Part shown: one piece after another, positions 40,601 to 49,190 of the stretch
Numbering within the stretch: position 1 is the first letter of the stretch
How the letters are laid out: every line of letters begins with the position of its first letter
NCBI GenBank assembly: GCA_001938485.1
Contig: MQRK01190104.1
Span: 1-64,000 of the forward strand
Length of the DNA: 64,000 nt
Reading direction: 5' to 3'
Source: Girardia tigrina
Taxonomy: Eukaryota
Translations under genes and position numbers: made by a program
The notes under the pieces: generated by a model
What the model was told of the DNA's origin: nothing
Database searches by the model: none
Seen by the model: the letters and a program-made list of their open reading frames with translations, nothing else

Positions 40601-43124
40601 GAAAATTCGTCCCCCTCAATTCCGGTTAGGGTTATTATATTTTAATTACTGGTTGTAAATGATCATAATTTTGCAATATGGGTCAGAGTGATTCCATGTC
40701 TTGCATTTATTTACCTGATGCATTTATTTGCTTTTGATGTCTTTGAAGAATTACTAGAAAGTGACAAATTTCCTATTGAAGTACTTCCAATATCTTCATA
40801 TTTTGAAGATACATACATTGGAAAAAAGGTACCCAGTAGACGCAGATCACCAATTTTCGAAATACAAATGTTCTCAAAAAACAACAAAGTCTTCATCAAT
40901 ATGATTCCCAATACCTATCTCCACAAGAAATATGAAATATGAAAAATCTTCAAAAAGAGTTCACTCCATTGTTTATGACTATGATAAAAGACGTAAGAGT
41001 ATCTGAGAGGTATTCCATTTATTTAACTTCTAAGTTAAAAAATCTGAAAATGTAATTTGGATTAATAATTTTTTAAAATATATCCTTCTTAGTTTTGATT
41101 TTCTTTTTAGCATTTATCTTTAATTTAATTTATAATTTATGATACTTCATATAAATACAAAAATTATTGTATATTTGAAGTGAATATTTCGTTCCCAGAA
41201 TTGGAATAATTTTTTGTAATATTTTTCTTAAAAACTGCATTGTAATCAATCAATTTATCACAATAGAATTTTGTTATTTATTAATAAAACATCAATTATC
41301 TCGGGGACGAATTTTCGGACACCCCTGAAATGGAATTTAAATTATATTAACTATAAAAAAATATACAAATACACATCAGCACAATATTAAATTTTTATCA
41401 ATATAAATTTAAATATATGAGTAATTATTCTTTTCTAATTGCAATGAAAGTTACTAATCATCTCTTCTGAACTAGAATTGCAGAAGAGTATTAAAAGAGT
41501 ATTTTTTGATCACATCAATGACATGAGATGAAACTAATAGGATGGCACTCTATATGAATTTTCGCAATTATGAAATAATATTTGCTGATATATTTAAATT
41601 TATACTACTTCTCAATAATATGCATCAGCCTGTTAAATCTTTCAATGTTGATCAAAAAATTATTTGTCTGCTAAATATATTAAATATATAAAACAATTTT
41701 CAATATTTTAAATGCATTAAAAAGTTGCTTTAAAAGGATTAGTCTTTTCTGCTCCTCAGAAATAAAGGTAAGAAAAAAGGTAAATCCTTTACTATTTGTT
41801 TACTCCAGTTATGATTTATAATTGAAATCAGGAAAAAAAACTAATCAAATTAACTAGATATTCTTCAGCACTAATCGATTTCACTTCTCTTCTAATAACA
41901 AGAAATTCAGTTCTCAAGAGCTTTGTAATACATGATAAGAAAGTATTCTTGACTGTCAACACCAAAAAATAAGAATATACTAAATGAGTTAATTTTCAAA
42001 ACTTGGTAGAGTAAACCTATTTATGATAATAAATGTGATCTACCTAGCATTCATATCACATCAGATACCACAAGTACAAAATCTTGTACTTCAAAGAAAA
42101 GAAAGAGTCATCTCCATAATAGACATAAGTAATACTTAAATTTCCGACAGAATATCTTTAATTACATCCAAGTATTTTACAATGTGACTTTTTTATGAGT
42201 AAAAGTATCAAACCAATAATAACACTGTTCAAACACAAAGAAAAACAAAGACTCATCAAATAATTACACAAATTTATTCAATTATTTGTATTGGCACACT
42301 AGAAATCTATAATTAATTAAATTAGTGATAATAATGCAATATCAATATTAAAATAAAATTATTGATTAAATTAATGCAATTTAGAGCAGATTTTTTTAAC
42401 ATATAACTCACTGATTGTTTCCAGTTTTGTCTACGGGAAGTCGACTGTCAGACTGGTAAGAGTTAGTATCGGTCCTTAAAACCATTAAGATTTATTGTCT
42501 TTTGATGTGTAAGTGTGATACTTGTGATTGTAGTCAATGTTCATTTCTGGATCCTCGGGGATCGGTGTGTTTAAACTTTGTTGCAAGCTGTCGATTTCAT
42601 CAAGTGATGGCTCCTGTAATCGTATTCGATTTGACAGAGCAGCATACGAGAGGAACATAGGACAAAGAAAATAATCAAGCGTGCAGAGGTCAATACAAAA
42701 CAACCTCGTAACTATTCGCTGATAGAAATCTTTTAATCGAATACTGAGAATATCGTCTTGATTTTAACTCGACGCTAATTAGAATAACGATTTAAAAATC
42801 GATGATTAATCTCTTAAAAAAATTTGTCAACCTTTTTTCCGGTTGAACCTGTTGAAAAACCAACAGGAAATTGTCAAAATAAATTCTTCCTTCGGAGTCG
42901 GGCTGCATTTTAGAGATAAGATTACTCAAGGTCTGAAAGATATTTATCGTTCAATCAATCGAATAATGATATAAACGGAAGACATTCTCGCCAATACCGT
43001 AATCTCCGTCATCGTTGTTATAATATTCGTGAAATGATGTAACGAATCTGTCGACTGTAATGTAACCGTTATTTTCACGATCGAGCACTTTGAATATACT
43101 GCATGCATCATTTAAAGTTGTCAT
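4521..43124 (-). CDS. RAB11FIP4: Rab11 family-interacting protein 3/4 (Nuf-like), complete 13-exon gene, 489 aa
   Basis: Exons (minus): 43124-42984, 42932-42832, 42774-42705, 42613-42522, 42474-42412, 28280-28139, 28065-27953, 22545-22455, 22409-22360, 22312-22231, 22178-22041, 7095-6835, 4646-4521. Total 1470 nt, all introns GT-AG with compatible phases. N-terminal EF-hands (FKVLDRENNGYITVDRF, PDSEGRIYFDNF), central coiled coil (RLKEENKVLVQRINNLEDNLKELEERA) and C-terminal Rab11-binding domain (KDELMDTLAKTKDSNFRLRDYIEKIIVKVMDKQPSLLEVK). FIP3 versus FIP4 cannot be resolved by eye. Confidence 0.92.
5836..6050. mobile_element. TTAA MITE with imperfect TIRs
   Basis: TTAA|CCACTTACCGTAT ... ATGCAGTAAGGGG|TTAA. 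Confidence 0.65.
6152..6368. mobile_element. TTAA MITE with imperfect TIRs
   Basis: TTAA|CCCTTAGTAGCCT ... AGGTTATTAAGGG|TTAA; internal GGTATCAA(T/A)(T/A)TTGA palindromes. Confidence 0.7.
6835..7095 (-). CDS. RAB11FIP4: Rab11-FIP3/4 exon 12
   Basis: 261-nt phase-0 exon ...HKELEELLLKLKEENKQLLDQL...LFKELDHCSKDE. Confidence 0.88.
7500..8605 (-). mobile_element. pogo/Tigger DDE_1 transposase remnant with one terminus
   Basis: RMPNRTYI...KDRITFLFCKNASGD..LKPLVVY...NKEAWVT; FLPPNTTSVLQPLDQGII; TA|CAGT terminus at 7500. Confidence 0.85.
8930..9125 (-). mobile_element. Degraded mariner 3' remnant
   Basis: PHTHFSPDLAPCNY motif on the minus strand. Confidence 0.5.
10361..10716 (+). mobile_element. 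Non-autonomous Helitron (partly gapped)
   Basis: A|TC 5' end with TATAAAAG and CACT/CTCA microrepeats; 3' GC-rich hairpin GGCCGCGAAGCGGGCC then CTAG|T. Confidence 0.75.
11516..13714 (-). CDS. Intronless 732-aa Lys/Ser/Asn/Glu-rich orphan protein with a coiled-coil segment and 4 x 58-aa repeats, nested in Rab11-FIP intron 11
   Basis: Uninterrupted 2.2-kb ATG-to-TAA ORF in very AT-rich DNA; no domain recognised. Confidence 0.75.
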   Translation of the reverse strand: MYQSSKCLANNEGKMSDENMKIGKEKIKSIKTALNSSFQNASSNDLIKMSNDKLKKSTDKRTFESIPLNRYSVSNSFDLDSTSEKNNVNIPEKLSKDLKSEKPSYKSHRGMLPRTNSVLEVSNKNQSYDCSKKVSRIKTKAENEKSLNKQEDFNKSNKKNESSVNNFIKSHSTVSCNKNSNIYGSSNNVNKLNENSYLLIESDKTKNRLNMLKESLVEKICEISKVEETAKDLKNLCDSINNSIEMNAVPRRHLQELMNTRAGLIEELTDKTKLIEDLKESKHVIEKEIVRLINENTKNDFKESEKYNLSQNLSMDPLNDSKPLVPKRKNVQPSVECLSKKYNQNLLSKNKSSLSLNDTNNTDSASERCEHSTDPLRDSKPSVPKRKPVKPSDESLLKDYNQKLLSKNKSSLSIDYQNNTDSASERCEHSTDPLRDSKPSVPKRKQEKPSNESLSKKYNQKLLSKNKSSLSIDYQNNTDSASERCEHSTDPLRDSKRSVPKRKEVKPSNESLSKKYNQKLLSKNKSSLSIDYQNNIDSTSEQGEQSEQEYSRDEDVDDEIIETKKKKSNPYSKIKSFIKKTFSSKPSKEKNEARESMSEEEVTQSVRSDSSEAPEENPEALKKLIKLLVKDAQKERVKYTNKDLDKISDVIESILYGNDDSNEKRKKNSLESADGRVKIFMDPKKNNSYQYTVVNPKLVKEKGIYWTLKYTVTVTIKGNKIERKVSIERNSN
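12075..12770 (-). repeat. Coding tandem repeat, 4 x 174 bp
   Basis: Anchor TTCTGAAG(C/T)CGAATCA at 12092, 12266, 12440 and 12614. Confidence 0.95.
13911..14308. repeat. Inverted repeat with ~137-bp arms (13911-14047 / 14170-14308)
   Basis: Arms are near-perfect reverse complements. Confidence 0.9.
14306..14847 (+). pseudogene. CSPP1-like first-exon fragment, partially duplicated
   Basis: ORF from 14623, MNVSIDIDSFIREQKSKIASERQYL, resembles the CSPP1 N-terminus (LDEFIEEQKARLAEDKAEL). 14306-14438 duplicates 14715-14847, and the first copy ends at a GTACGT donor. Confidence 0.55.
14918..15265 (-). mobile_element. Retropepsin (gypsy protease) remnant
   Basis: FLVDTGSVVSVLP. Confidence 0.6.
15842..18900 (-). 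mobile_element. Ty3/gypsy LTR retrotransposon, frameshifted pol (PR-RT-RNaseH-IN) with 3' LTR; gag and 5' LTR missing
   Basis: RT: FSTIDLGNAYYQV, RMPFG, YLDD. RNaseH: LDTDASF, KELLAI, RTDHKA. Integrase: HRLLCHAG, IIDHFSK, FEGPYEI. PPT at ~16142-16156 and LTR 16141-15842 with TGTTG...CAACA ends. Confidence 0.92.
18909..18990 (+). mobile_element. Inverted copy of the gypsy 3' end (integrase end, PPT, LTR start)
   Basis: Diverged reverse complement of 16090-16172. Confidence 0.8.
20509..20950. mobile_element. Solo LTR, 442 bp
   Basis: TG...CA ends with 5-bp TSD AAATC; second family member at 36970-37433. Confidence 0.88.
22041..22545 (-). CDS. RAB11FIP4: Rab11-FIP3/4 exons 8-11 (coiled coil)
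   Basis: INNLEDNLKELEERADLRISEEKK...DNLKKEKDKYER; introns of 45, 47 and 52 nt. Confidence 0.9.
22678..24116 (+). mobile_element. Internally deleted mariner carrying a ~0.9-kb unrelated insert
   Basis: TIR GAGGGGCGTTCCGAAAGTAAGTGGAAA at both ends, TA flanks; HTH fragment IVRRLSNVF...SAVYNWVHQFENGRESLDD. Confidence 0.85.
25376..26210 (-). mobile_element. pogo-like (POGK-type) transposase 3' half with terminus
   Basis: KLPAYVIFRRKT...LLMLDSAPGH...IPGGLTKKLQVLDISVNKSFK; in-frame TGA at 25854; subterminal CACCTTAGTAAA repeats. Confidence 0.88.
26448..27220. mobile_element. Foldback element made of two inverted right ends of a Tc1/mariner-superfamily element
   Basis: Arms 26448-26692 and 26976-27220; each has the TIR and the transposase C-terminus (NFVERCNLCLQKNGEHFE). 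Confidence 0.85.
27953..28280 (-). CDS. RAB11FIP4: Rab11-FIP3/4 exons 6-7
   Basis: LQMKRLEQKLNVFHSDQYDLGQKQSVRLKEENKVLVQR; 73-nt intron between the two exons. Confidence 0.88.
28772..30058 (-). mobile_element. Full-length mariner (1287 bp); transposase 29871-28845 with one frameshift
   Basis: TA TSD, TIR TTAGGGTGAACCAAAAGTCTTTTCGTATT; motifs IVTCDEKW, QQDNAKPH, HPAYSPDLTPSDY. Confidence 0.96.
31512..31581. mobile_element. 70-bp TTAA micro-MITE
   Basis: TTAA|CCCTTTCGGTC ... GGCCGAAAGAG|TTAA. Confidence 0.65.
33703..34095 (-). pseudogene. 5' fragment of a RasGEF-like gene (REM / RasGEF_N-like domain)
   Basis: KGLTIDDIIECFTDPSNKIDSQLLNIFLYTYRIYSP resembles the REM consensus (T+DxLIxxL...D..FLxxFLxTYRxF); no catalytic domain follows. 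Confidence 0.45.
35265..35500 (-). mobile_element. Degraded maT-like transposase C-terminus
   Basis: FKEVVSADGGFFQ* ending. Confidence 0.4.
36640..38039 (+). mobile_element. 5'-truncated RLE-clade non-LTR retrotransposon (R2/R4/NeSL/Utopia-like) 3' end
   Basis: Zinc knuckle CRRC...ETMWHAICCC...ARHDAVL; endonuclease RVDL...LIDVKCPFD and HKYEPL...FVVGALGTW; 3' hairpin CAGGTAC/GTACCTG, ATTAAA and A7. Confidence 0.88.
36970..37433. mobile_element. Solo LTR (partly gapped) inserted in the RLE endonuclease
   Basis: TG...CA ends with 5-bp TSD ATGCT; homologous to 20509-20950. Confidence 0.88.
38043..38087 (+). repeat. 3 x 15-bp tandem repeat (AGCGCTGTTTT core)
   Basis: Seen directly. Confidence 0.9.
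38126..38521 (-). rRNA. 18S rRNA gene fragment (3' region, ~400 nt), pseudogenic
   Basis: GTGGTGCATGGCCGTTCTTAGTTGGTGG, TCTGTGATGCCCTTAGATGTCC and TTTGTACACACC(A)CCCGTCGCTACTACCGATT, with substitutions at normally invariant positions. Confidence 0.95.
39995..40300 (+). mobile_element. Degraded Penelope GIY-YIG C-terminus
   Basis: KFCESLLIRH, similar to 1980-2060. Confidence 0.55.
40593..41324 (+). mobile_element. Internally deleted MULE
   Basis: TIR GGGATCCGGAAAATTCGTCCCC / GGGGACGAATTTTCGGACACCC; 9-bp TSD CTGAAAT(T/G)G; IPCLAFI...YFEDTYIG...RRRSPIFEI. Confidence 0.82.
42412..43124 (-). CDS. RAB11FIP4: Rab11-FIP3/4 exons 1-5 (EF-hand region)
   Basis: MTTLNDACSIFKVLDRENNGYITVDRF...; introns of 51, 57, 91 and 47 nt keep the frame. 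Confidence 0.85.
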
Positions 43125-44525
43125 ATCGACGGGTTAACTTTAACATTAAAATATTTAAATTTGATTATGTATAGTACATCAATTTGATTCAGTAAAACAA
43201 ACAAACTTTTTCGATTTTCTTTTACGAGCTTATTAATACAAATTTAGATAATAAATTGTCAAAATTCTGATTTAAATTTTTTTTTGATTATATAAAACAA
43301 ATTAAAATGAGCGCTAAAAATGGGTCAATAATTTAATTATCAATTTTTTATGTTTAAAAATCTTAATTATTTCTTCTAATGAATTAGTATGTAAAACTTT
43401 ATTTTACTCAAAATTTAAAACCCATTCAAGGTTGATAAAACTAACAATTTGGCGTTATGTATTTATATTTTTTCAATGATAAAATCAAAAAAAATTTGTA
43501 TTTTTTTAATTATTAATTAAAAATATCTTACCTTTGACAGGCTCTCCTAGTTCAGATTAATGATAGTCGTTGCTTTCCAAATAAATTAGAGAACTGAAAA
43601 ATATTTATTGGGTTGGCCAAATAGTCATTGCGTTTTTGAGTACGTCCTCATAAAAAGCTTGAAAATATAAAACCATGTGATAAAATTTAAATTCAATTAT
43701 ATATTCTGAATCCGTAATTTTCAGACTATGTTTATACAAAATATTAATTGATTTTGTTTTAATTTATTACTTTACCGTCAATTCGAAATGGATTATAATT
43801 CTTCTCTATATATTTTTGGAACAATAACTATAATATCTCATTGTCAGAATGATTTTTCTAAATATATCTATAAGTTTTCTATTCTTCTTCATTCTATTTT
43901 TTTCTAAGGTTTCTTTTAAATTTAGGATACTGTTACATTCGTGGTAAAAGAAATGCATTAATGAAATAACTCAGATTGTACGAGGTATTTCATTAAAGAA
44001 GATAAGAGAAAACAAAAGAAAATAAATCAATAGAAATTGGAGAATTGAGCAAAGAAAATCAAAATTCTATTATAATAAAAGACGATGAAAACAAAACAAA
44101 AACGATATTAATACTATAATAGAATTATGATTTCTGTCTGTGTGAAGTTCCCGGAGTTCAATAAAAAAATTTAATTATTTTTTTAATTCTGGAAAAACGG
44201 AAAGACTTCCAATCTGCCCCTCCGCACGAAAATTAAGAAAATCAATAGCTTGAATTTTTCTAAGACTTTTGAGATTAATATAAAAATAATTTATTTATTT
44301 AGTTAATATATTAATAATTTATTCATGTATTTAATTATGAATTATAAATTTGTGTGGAGCCAATTCGGAAGTCTGCCTTTTTCCGGATATGCTTAACTAA
44401 TTAATACTACAATAGAATTATGATTTCTGTCTGTGTGAAGTTCCCGATTATTAAAGTTATTCGTTTAAAATTCGCCAGATATGGCGAAACAGATTCACCC
44501 TAGTTGAAAGAAAAAGCTCAATATA

Positions 44526-45612
44526 CAGGGTGCGGCAGCTATTTGAGAACAAAATGACATAAAGTTCAAAAAATGAATATACAACAGAAAAATAATATTT
44601 ATTACAATTTAAAATTTTACATATATTAACACGTACATANNNNNNNNNNNNNNNNNNNNNNNNNNNNNNNNNNNNNNNNNNNNNNNNNNNNNNNNNNNNN
44701 NNNNNNNNNNNNNNNNNNNNNNNNNNNNNNNNNNNNNNNNNNNNNNNNNNNNNNNNNNNNNNNNNNNNNNNNNNNNNNNNNNNNNNNNNNNNNNNNNNNN
44801 NNNNNNNNNNNNNNNNNNNNNNNNNNNNNNNNNNNNNNNNNNNNNNNNNNNNNNNNNNNNNNNNNNNNNNNNNNNNNNNNNNNNNNNNNNNNNNNNNNNN
44901 NNNNNNNNNNNNNNNNNNNNNNNNNNNNNNNNNNNNNNNNNNNNNNNNNNNNNNNNNNNNNNNNNNNNNNNNNNNNNNNNNNNNNNNNNNNNNNNNNNNN
45001 NNNNNNNNNNNNNNNNNNNNNNNNNNNNNNNNNNNNNNNNNNNNNNNNNNNNNNNNNNNNNNNNNNNNNNNNNNNNNNNNNNNNNNNNNNNNNNNNNNNN
45101 NNNNNNNNNNNNNNNNNNNNNNNNNNNNNNNNNNNNNNNNNNNNNNNNNNNNNNNNNNNNNNNNNNNNNNNNNNNNNNNNNNNNNNNNNNNNNNNNNNNN
45201 NNNNNNNNNNNNNNNNNNNNNNNNNNNNNNNNNNNNNNNNNNNNNNNNNNNNNNNNNNNNNNNNNNNNNNNNNNNNNNNNNNNNNNNNNNNNNNNNNNNN
45301 NNNNNNNNNNNNNNNNNNNNNNNNNNNNNNNNNNNNNNNNNNNNNNNNNNNNNNNNNNNNNNNNNNNNNNNNNNNNNNNNNNNNNNNNNNNNNNNNNNNN
45401 NNNNNNNNNNNNNNNNNNNNNNNNNNNNNNNNNNNNNNNNNNNNNNNNNNNNNNNNNNNNNNNNNNNNNNNNNNNNNNNNNNNNTGCCTTTTCATTTCAT
45501 TCGTAAGAGTAGCTTCTGTCATGTCTACCAGCAAAAATAAAATTATGTAATTATAACACACAAAAATATATGGTGTCTATATTACGTGTTCTCAAATAGC
45601 TGCTGCACCCTG
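44526..45612 (-). mobile_element. maT/Tc1-mariner element, interior in an N-gap
   Basis: TA|CAGGGTGCGGCAGCTATTTGAGAAC TIRs; transposase start MTEATLTNEMKR. Confidence 0.85.
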
Positions 45613-47112
45613 TAAGTATCAAGTGAATCTGAAACAATAATGAAATTCGATTAATGAACTTTACTGATATATTTTTGAAGATAATTTCTTGGTGTTTTCT
45701 TGAGTGACCATAATCTTCATGTTTATGTGTTAATTACACTGGTGAAGACATATTTTATTGCAAATGATTTGACAACTGTTTCCAAGTAATTTTAGGGTGC
45801 TGATTTTAAATATGTTCGTTTTTTTGTAATTTATAATTTTTTAGCAATCCTAACATGTTTATTTTATTAAATTTGTTCTATATATTACTTATCTAGCCTA
45901 TTATATATCATCATAATTTTTAAATTTCTTATAAACCTCCTCAATAATTCCCAAACTAGCAACCGAAAAGATATATACAGTGACATACAAAGCCAGATAA
46001 GATTATATTACCACATGGAAAAGTCCAAATTCTGTTTTATCAATGAATAGTCTATATAATCTGATCAATAGGAACTGTATACATATTCATTGCCATTATG
46101 CAAAAAAACATACTTTAGACTCCGTTTTGAGCTGTCTACAAATAATTGCCACTCCGCTGGATTGTATTGTTGGGTATTAAAATCTTTAATCTTAAATATT
46201 TACCTTTTTTAAAAACACAAATCTTTAATCTTTACTCTATAATCTTTATTCTTTAATCTTTAATCTGACTCCAATTAATCAGTAAGGACTTCCAAAATAA
46301 ATATATAAACAATGAACACAAATTCTTTTATGAAACTTTATTTCAAATAACAAAAATTAACAAGTCAAAAATAATAATAATAATTCAATTCTTGATGACA
46401 GAACACAAACACAAAACAATATTTCATATGAGTTAACAGATTACAGTAAAAACTGTGAATCTCGAAAACGAACGATAGTTTAATTTTTTAAAATAAACCC
46501 TTTTCTCCCATACGGCATACTTTTGATTTTAAAAAATGTTTTAAAAGAATAATAAATGAAAATAAATTTCTATAACAAATTTACTTGACTCCTTTGTTTT
46601 TGTTTTTTGTTAAGAGAATTATTTGGGCAAACTAAACTAAATTTGCTGCTGTTTATATAGTGGTTTACATCAGCCTTGAAAATTGATAAAATAAAACAAA
46701 GACTAAAATATTTTTAATTTTAAATTCCAAATTTTGTTAAACTAAATATTATTTTGTTTGAAATTAATAATTTTACCAAAAGAATTATTTTAAATTTTTT
46801 CTACATTAAATTTTATCAAAAGTGTTCACATGTATCCCTCGAAACCCCAAGAGTATGATGATACACCCTGCAATTTTAGAAGACCAGAAATATCATGACA
46901 GAACACCAATCCACTATGGTGAGAGTAAAAAGGCAAAAAAAGTTTGTTTCGATTCCGGTAGACGGAAACCTTTGCATTCACATCAAGTAAATTTTTGGAA
47001 TTGATAAAATTTGGAATTGTAATTTTTAATTCGATTCCAATAAATTATATATGTATATTTACATAAAAAATTAATTAATATTAAAAATTAAAAAGGAAAG
47101 AAAATACTTTAA

Positions 47113-47353
47113 CCCTACAATGCGCCGTGATTCATATTTGAATCAACCATATTTTACCTCAATATCTTTTAATCACGTGATATTCTTTGAGTGTTTACAT
47201 ACTGTGTACCAAAAACATTGTCTATGGAATGATAACTGCCCATAAAGTCATAGATGCAATATATTTTGTCAACAAAAATGACAATTCAGTTTGTAATACT
47301 GGCCGCGTAAACATATTTTTTTATGATAATTAAAAAAATTGCGCATTGTAGGG
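47113..47353. mobile_element. TTAA MITE, 241 bp
   Basis: Perfect 13-bp TIR CCCTACAATGCGC with TTAA TSD. Confidence 0.9.
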
Positions 47354-47534
47354 TTAAAATTATTTTACTTAACTTGAAATAAAAGAAAAAAATGTAAAAA
47401 AAGAAAGAAAAATCTGATAAAGTTATAACATTATTTTATTGTTCTAGTTATTGTTAAATTTTGATATCTAATAAATAGATAAAAATATTGATTGATTTTT
47501 AATTATAATAATTATTATTAATTTCGAGTTTGTC

Positions 47535-48105
47535 ATGACGAGTTGTTTGACGAAAAAAGAAGATCCGATGAAAACGTCTTTCGAATCCGACAACAAACCA
47601 CTGCCTCGCTTCACGACCCAATATTCCGATATGCACAAATCGGACTCGACTACCAAAACGGATACGCCACCGTTTCGAGTCACTCAGTCTACGGAAACAG
47701 CAAAATTTTCGTCGTATTCCGACAATAAAAATTGGGCGCGCAATACAAAATCGATTTTGGCAGTCTGACAGACCAGATCTACAAGAGAGCCTTCAGGAAG
47801 GGCTTCGAGTTCAATGTCATGGTTGTCGGCTGTTGTGGGCTCAGGAAATCGACTTTCGTGAATTCTCTGTTGATGTCCGAGTTCTACAATACCGAGAATG
47901 TGGGTCCTTCGAAGCGAATTAAGAAAACTGTTTACGTTGAGCCAATGACTGTGATTTTAAAAGAAATTGATGTTGTCTTAAAGTTATGCTTAGTTGATAC
48001 CCCTGGGTTTGGAGACGCAGTTGACAACAGTGCTTGTTGGGACCCAATTATTGAGTATATTGGCAGTCGTTTTGATGAATCCATCGATAATGAAAAAAAA
48101 GTCCA
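47535..48105 (+). pseudogene. SEPT7: Septin-7-like truncated, intronless pseudogene
   Basis: FGSLTDQIYKRAFRKGFEFNVMVVGCCGLRKSTFVNSL...GPSKRIKKTV...VDTPGFGDAVDNSACW. Frameshift near 47730, P-loop Gly replaced by Arg, truncated by the adjacent transposon. Confidence 0.85.
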
Positions 48106-49190
48106 AGCGTCGCTCCAGTGCAACATGATATCGATAAGCGGACAATTGGAGATTAAAAATTTAACGGAAATACTGCCAAGTATCTGGTAAGAATTTTGGG
48201 GTGCGTTCATATGGGCCTGAACGTTGACACTTGGCCCCGCCGGAGATTTTTTATTGGAAAACAAAAGTAATTTTAAAGTATTTCCAGAAGGAAACCTTTG
48301 TATTTACATCAAGTAATTTTTTGTCATTTAGCCTCGAAGCTAACATCTCAGCTGCTTTCTTTGAAAGACTCAAATCACGCACCAAATCGTTTACTTCTTC
48401 TTGGCTAAACTGATGAGAATCTGACTGTTTGACATCGTGAACATATTCTTCAGTTTCAAAAACAACATAAGAAGTGTCATCATCACTACTGCTGCCTTCC
48501 TCAGATATTGAGAAACCTTTGAAAATCGGCACAGGTAGTTTATCAGAATGTGGAATAGGGCGAATAGCTGAAGGAATGTTTGGGTAGGTGATACTTTGCC
48601 TCTTTTCTTACCTTTTTTGCTTGTCAAGCAAAAGTAGCAGTCACTGACACGGTCAGTTTGCTCCCGCCAAACTATAGGAACTGTAAAAGGCATGCTCTTT
48701 CTTTTCCCTTTTTTCCAGTCTCGAAGCATTTCTTCGCAATTATGACATAAGATGTGCGGAGTCCATGATTTCTGTTGATCATCAAGTAGAACTTCAAAGT
48801 AAATGTTGTAGGCTTGCTTTATAAAGGCCGTAATATTTCGTCTCTTATGAGAACATCTATAACAGCCGCAGATAGAGCAGAATGAATTCGTCTTCATGAA
48901 ACATTTATATCTGGTTGACGACAAAGATGAGGGAGCAATCACATTCGAATTTACAAAATAAAAAATATAAACTCTTAAATATATTTAAAATTAAATTTCC
49001 TAATTACAAAATTTGAAAATTTAAGACATAAAACATTTTATTAAAAAAACAAAAGCAATGAAATGTACAGATTTCAAAAAAACTAGAGGTTATAGAAACG
49101 TAAGAGATCCATATTTGGAATCTGATACCCAAAATTAGTCAAAAACAATTGTGTAAGTTCTTGCAACAAAAAAATATTTAAAAATTGTTA
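48106..49190 (-). mobile_element. DNA transposon 5' fragment (Cys-rich N-terminus; family often labelled TcMar-m44, label recalled from memory)
   Basis: FCSICG...AYNIYF...DQQKSWTPHILCHNC...PIVWRE..DCYFC; FSQEEVNDLVRDLSLSKKAAEMLASRL. Confidence 0.7.

Noticed and set aside
44626-45561. 311-aa ORF (also 10387-10629 and 34159-34350)
   Set aside because: Artefacts of reading through N-gaps.
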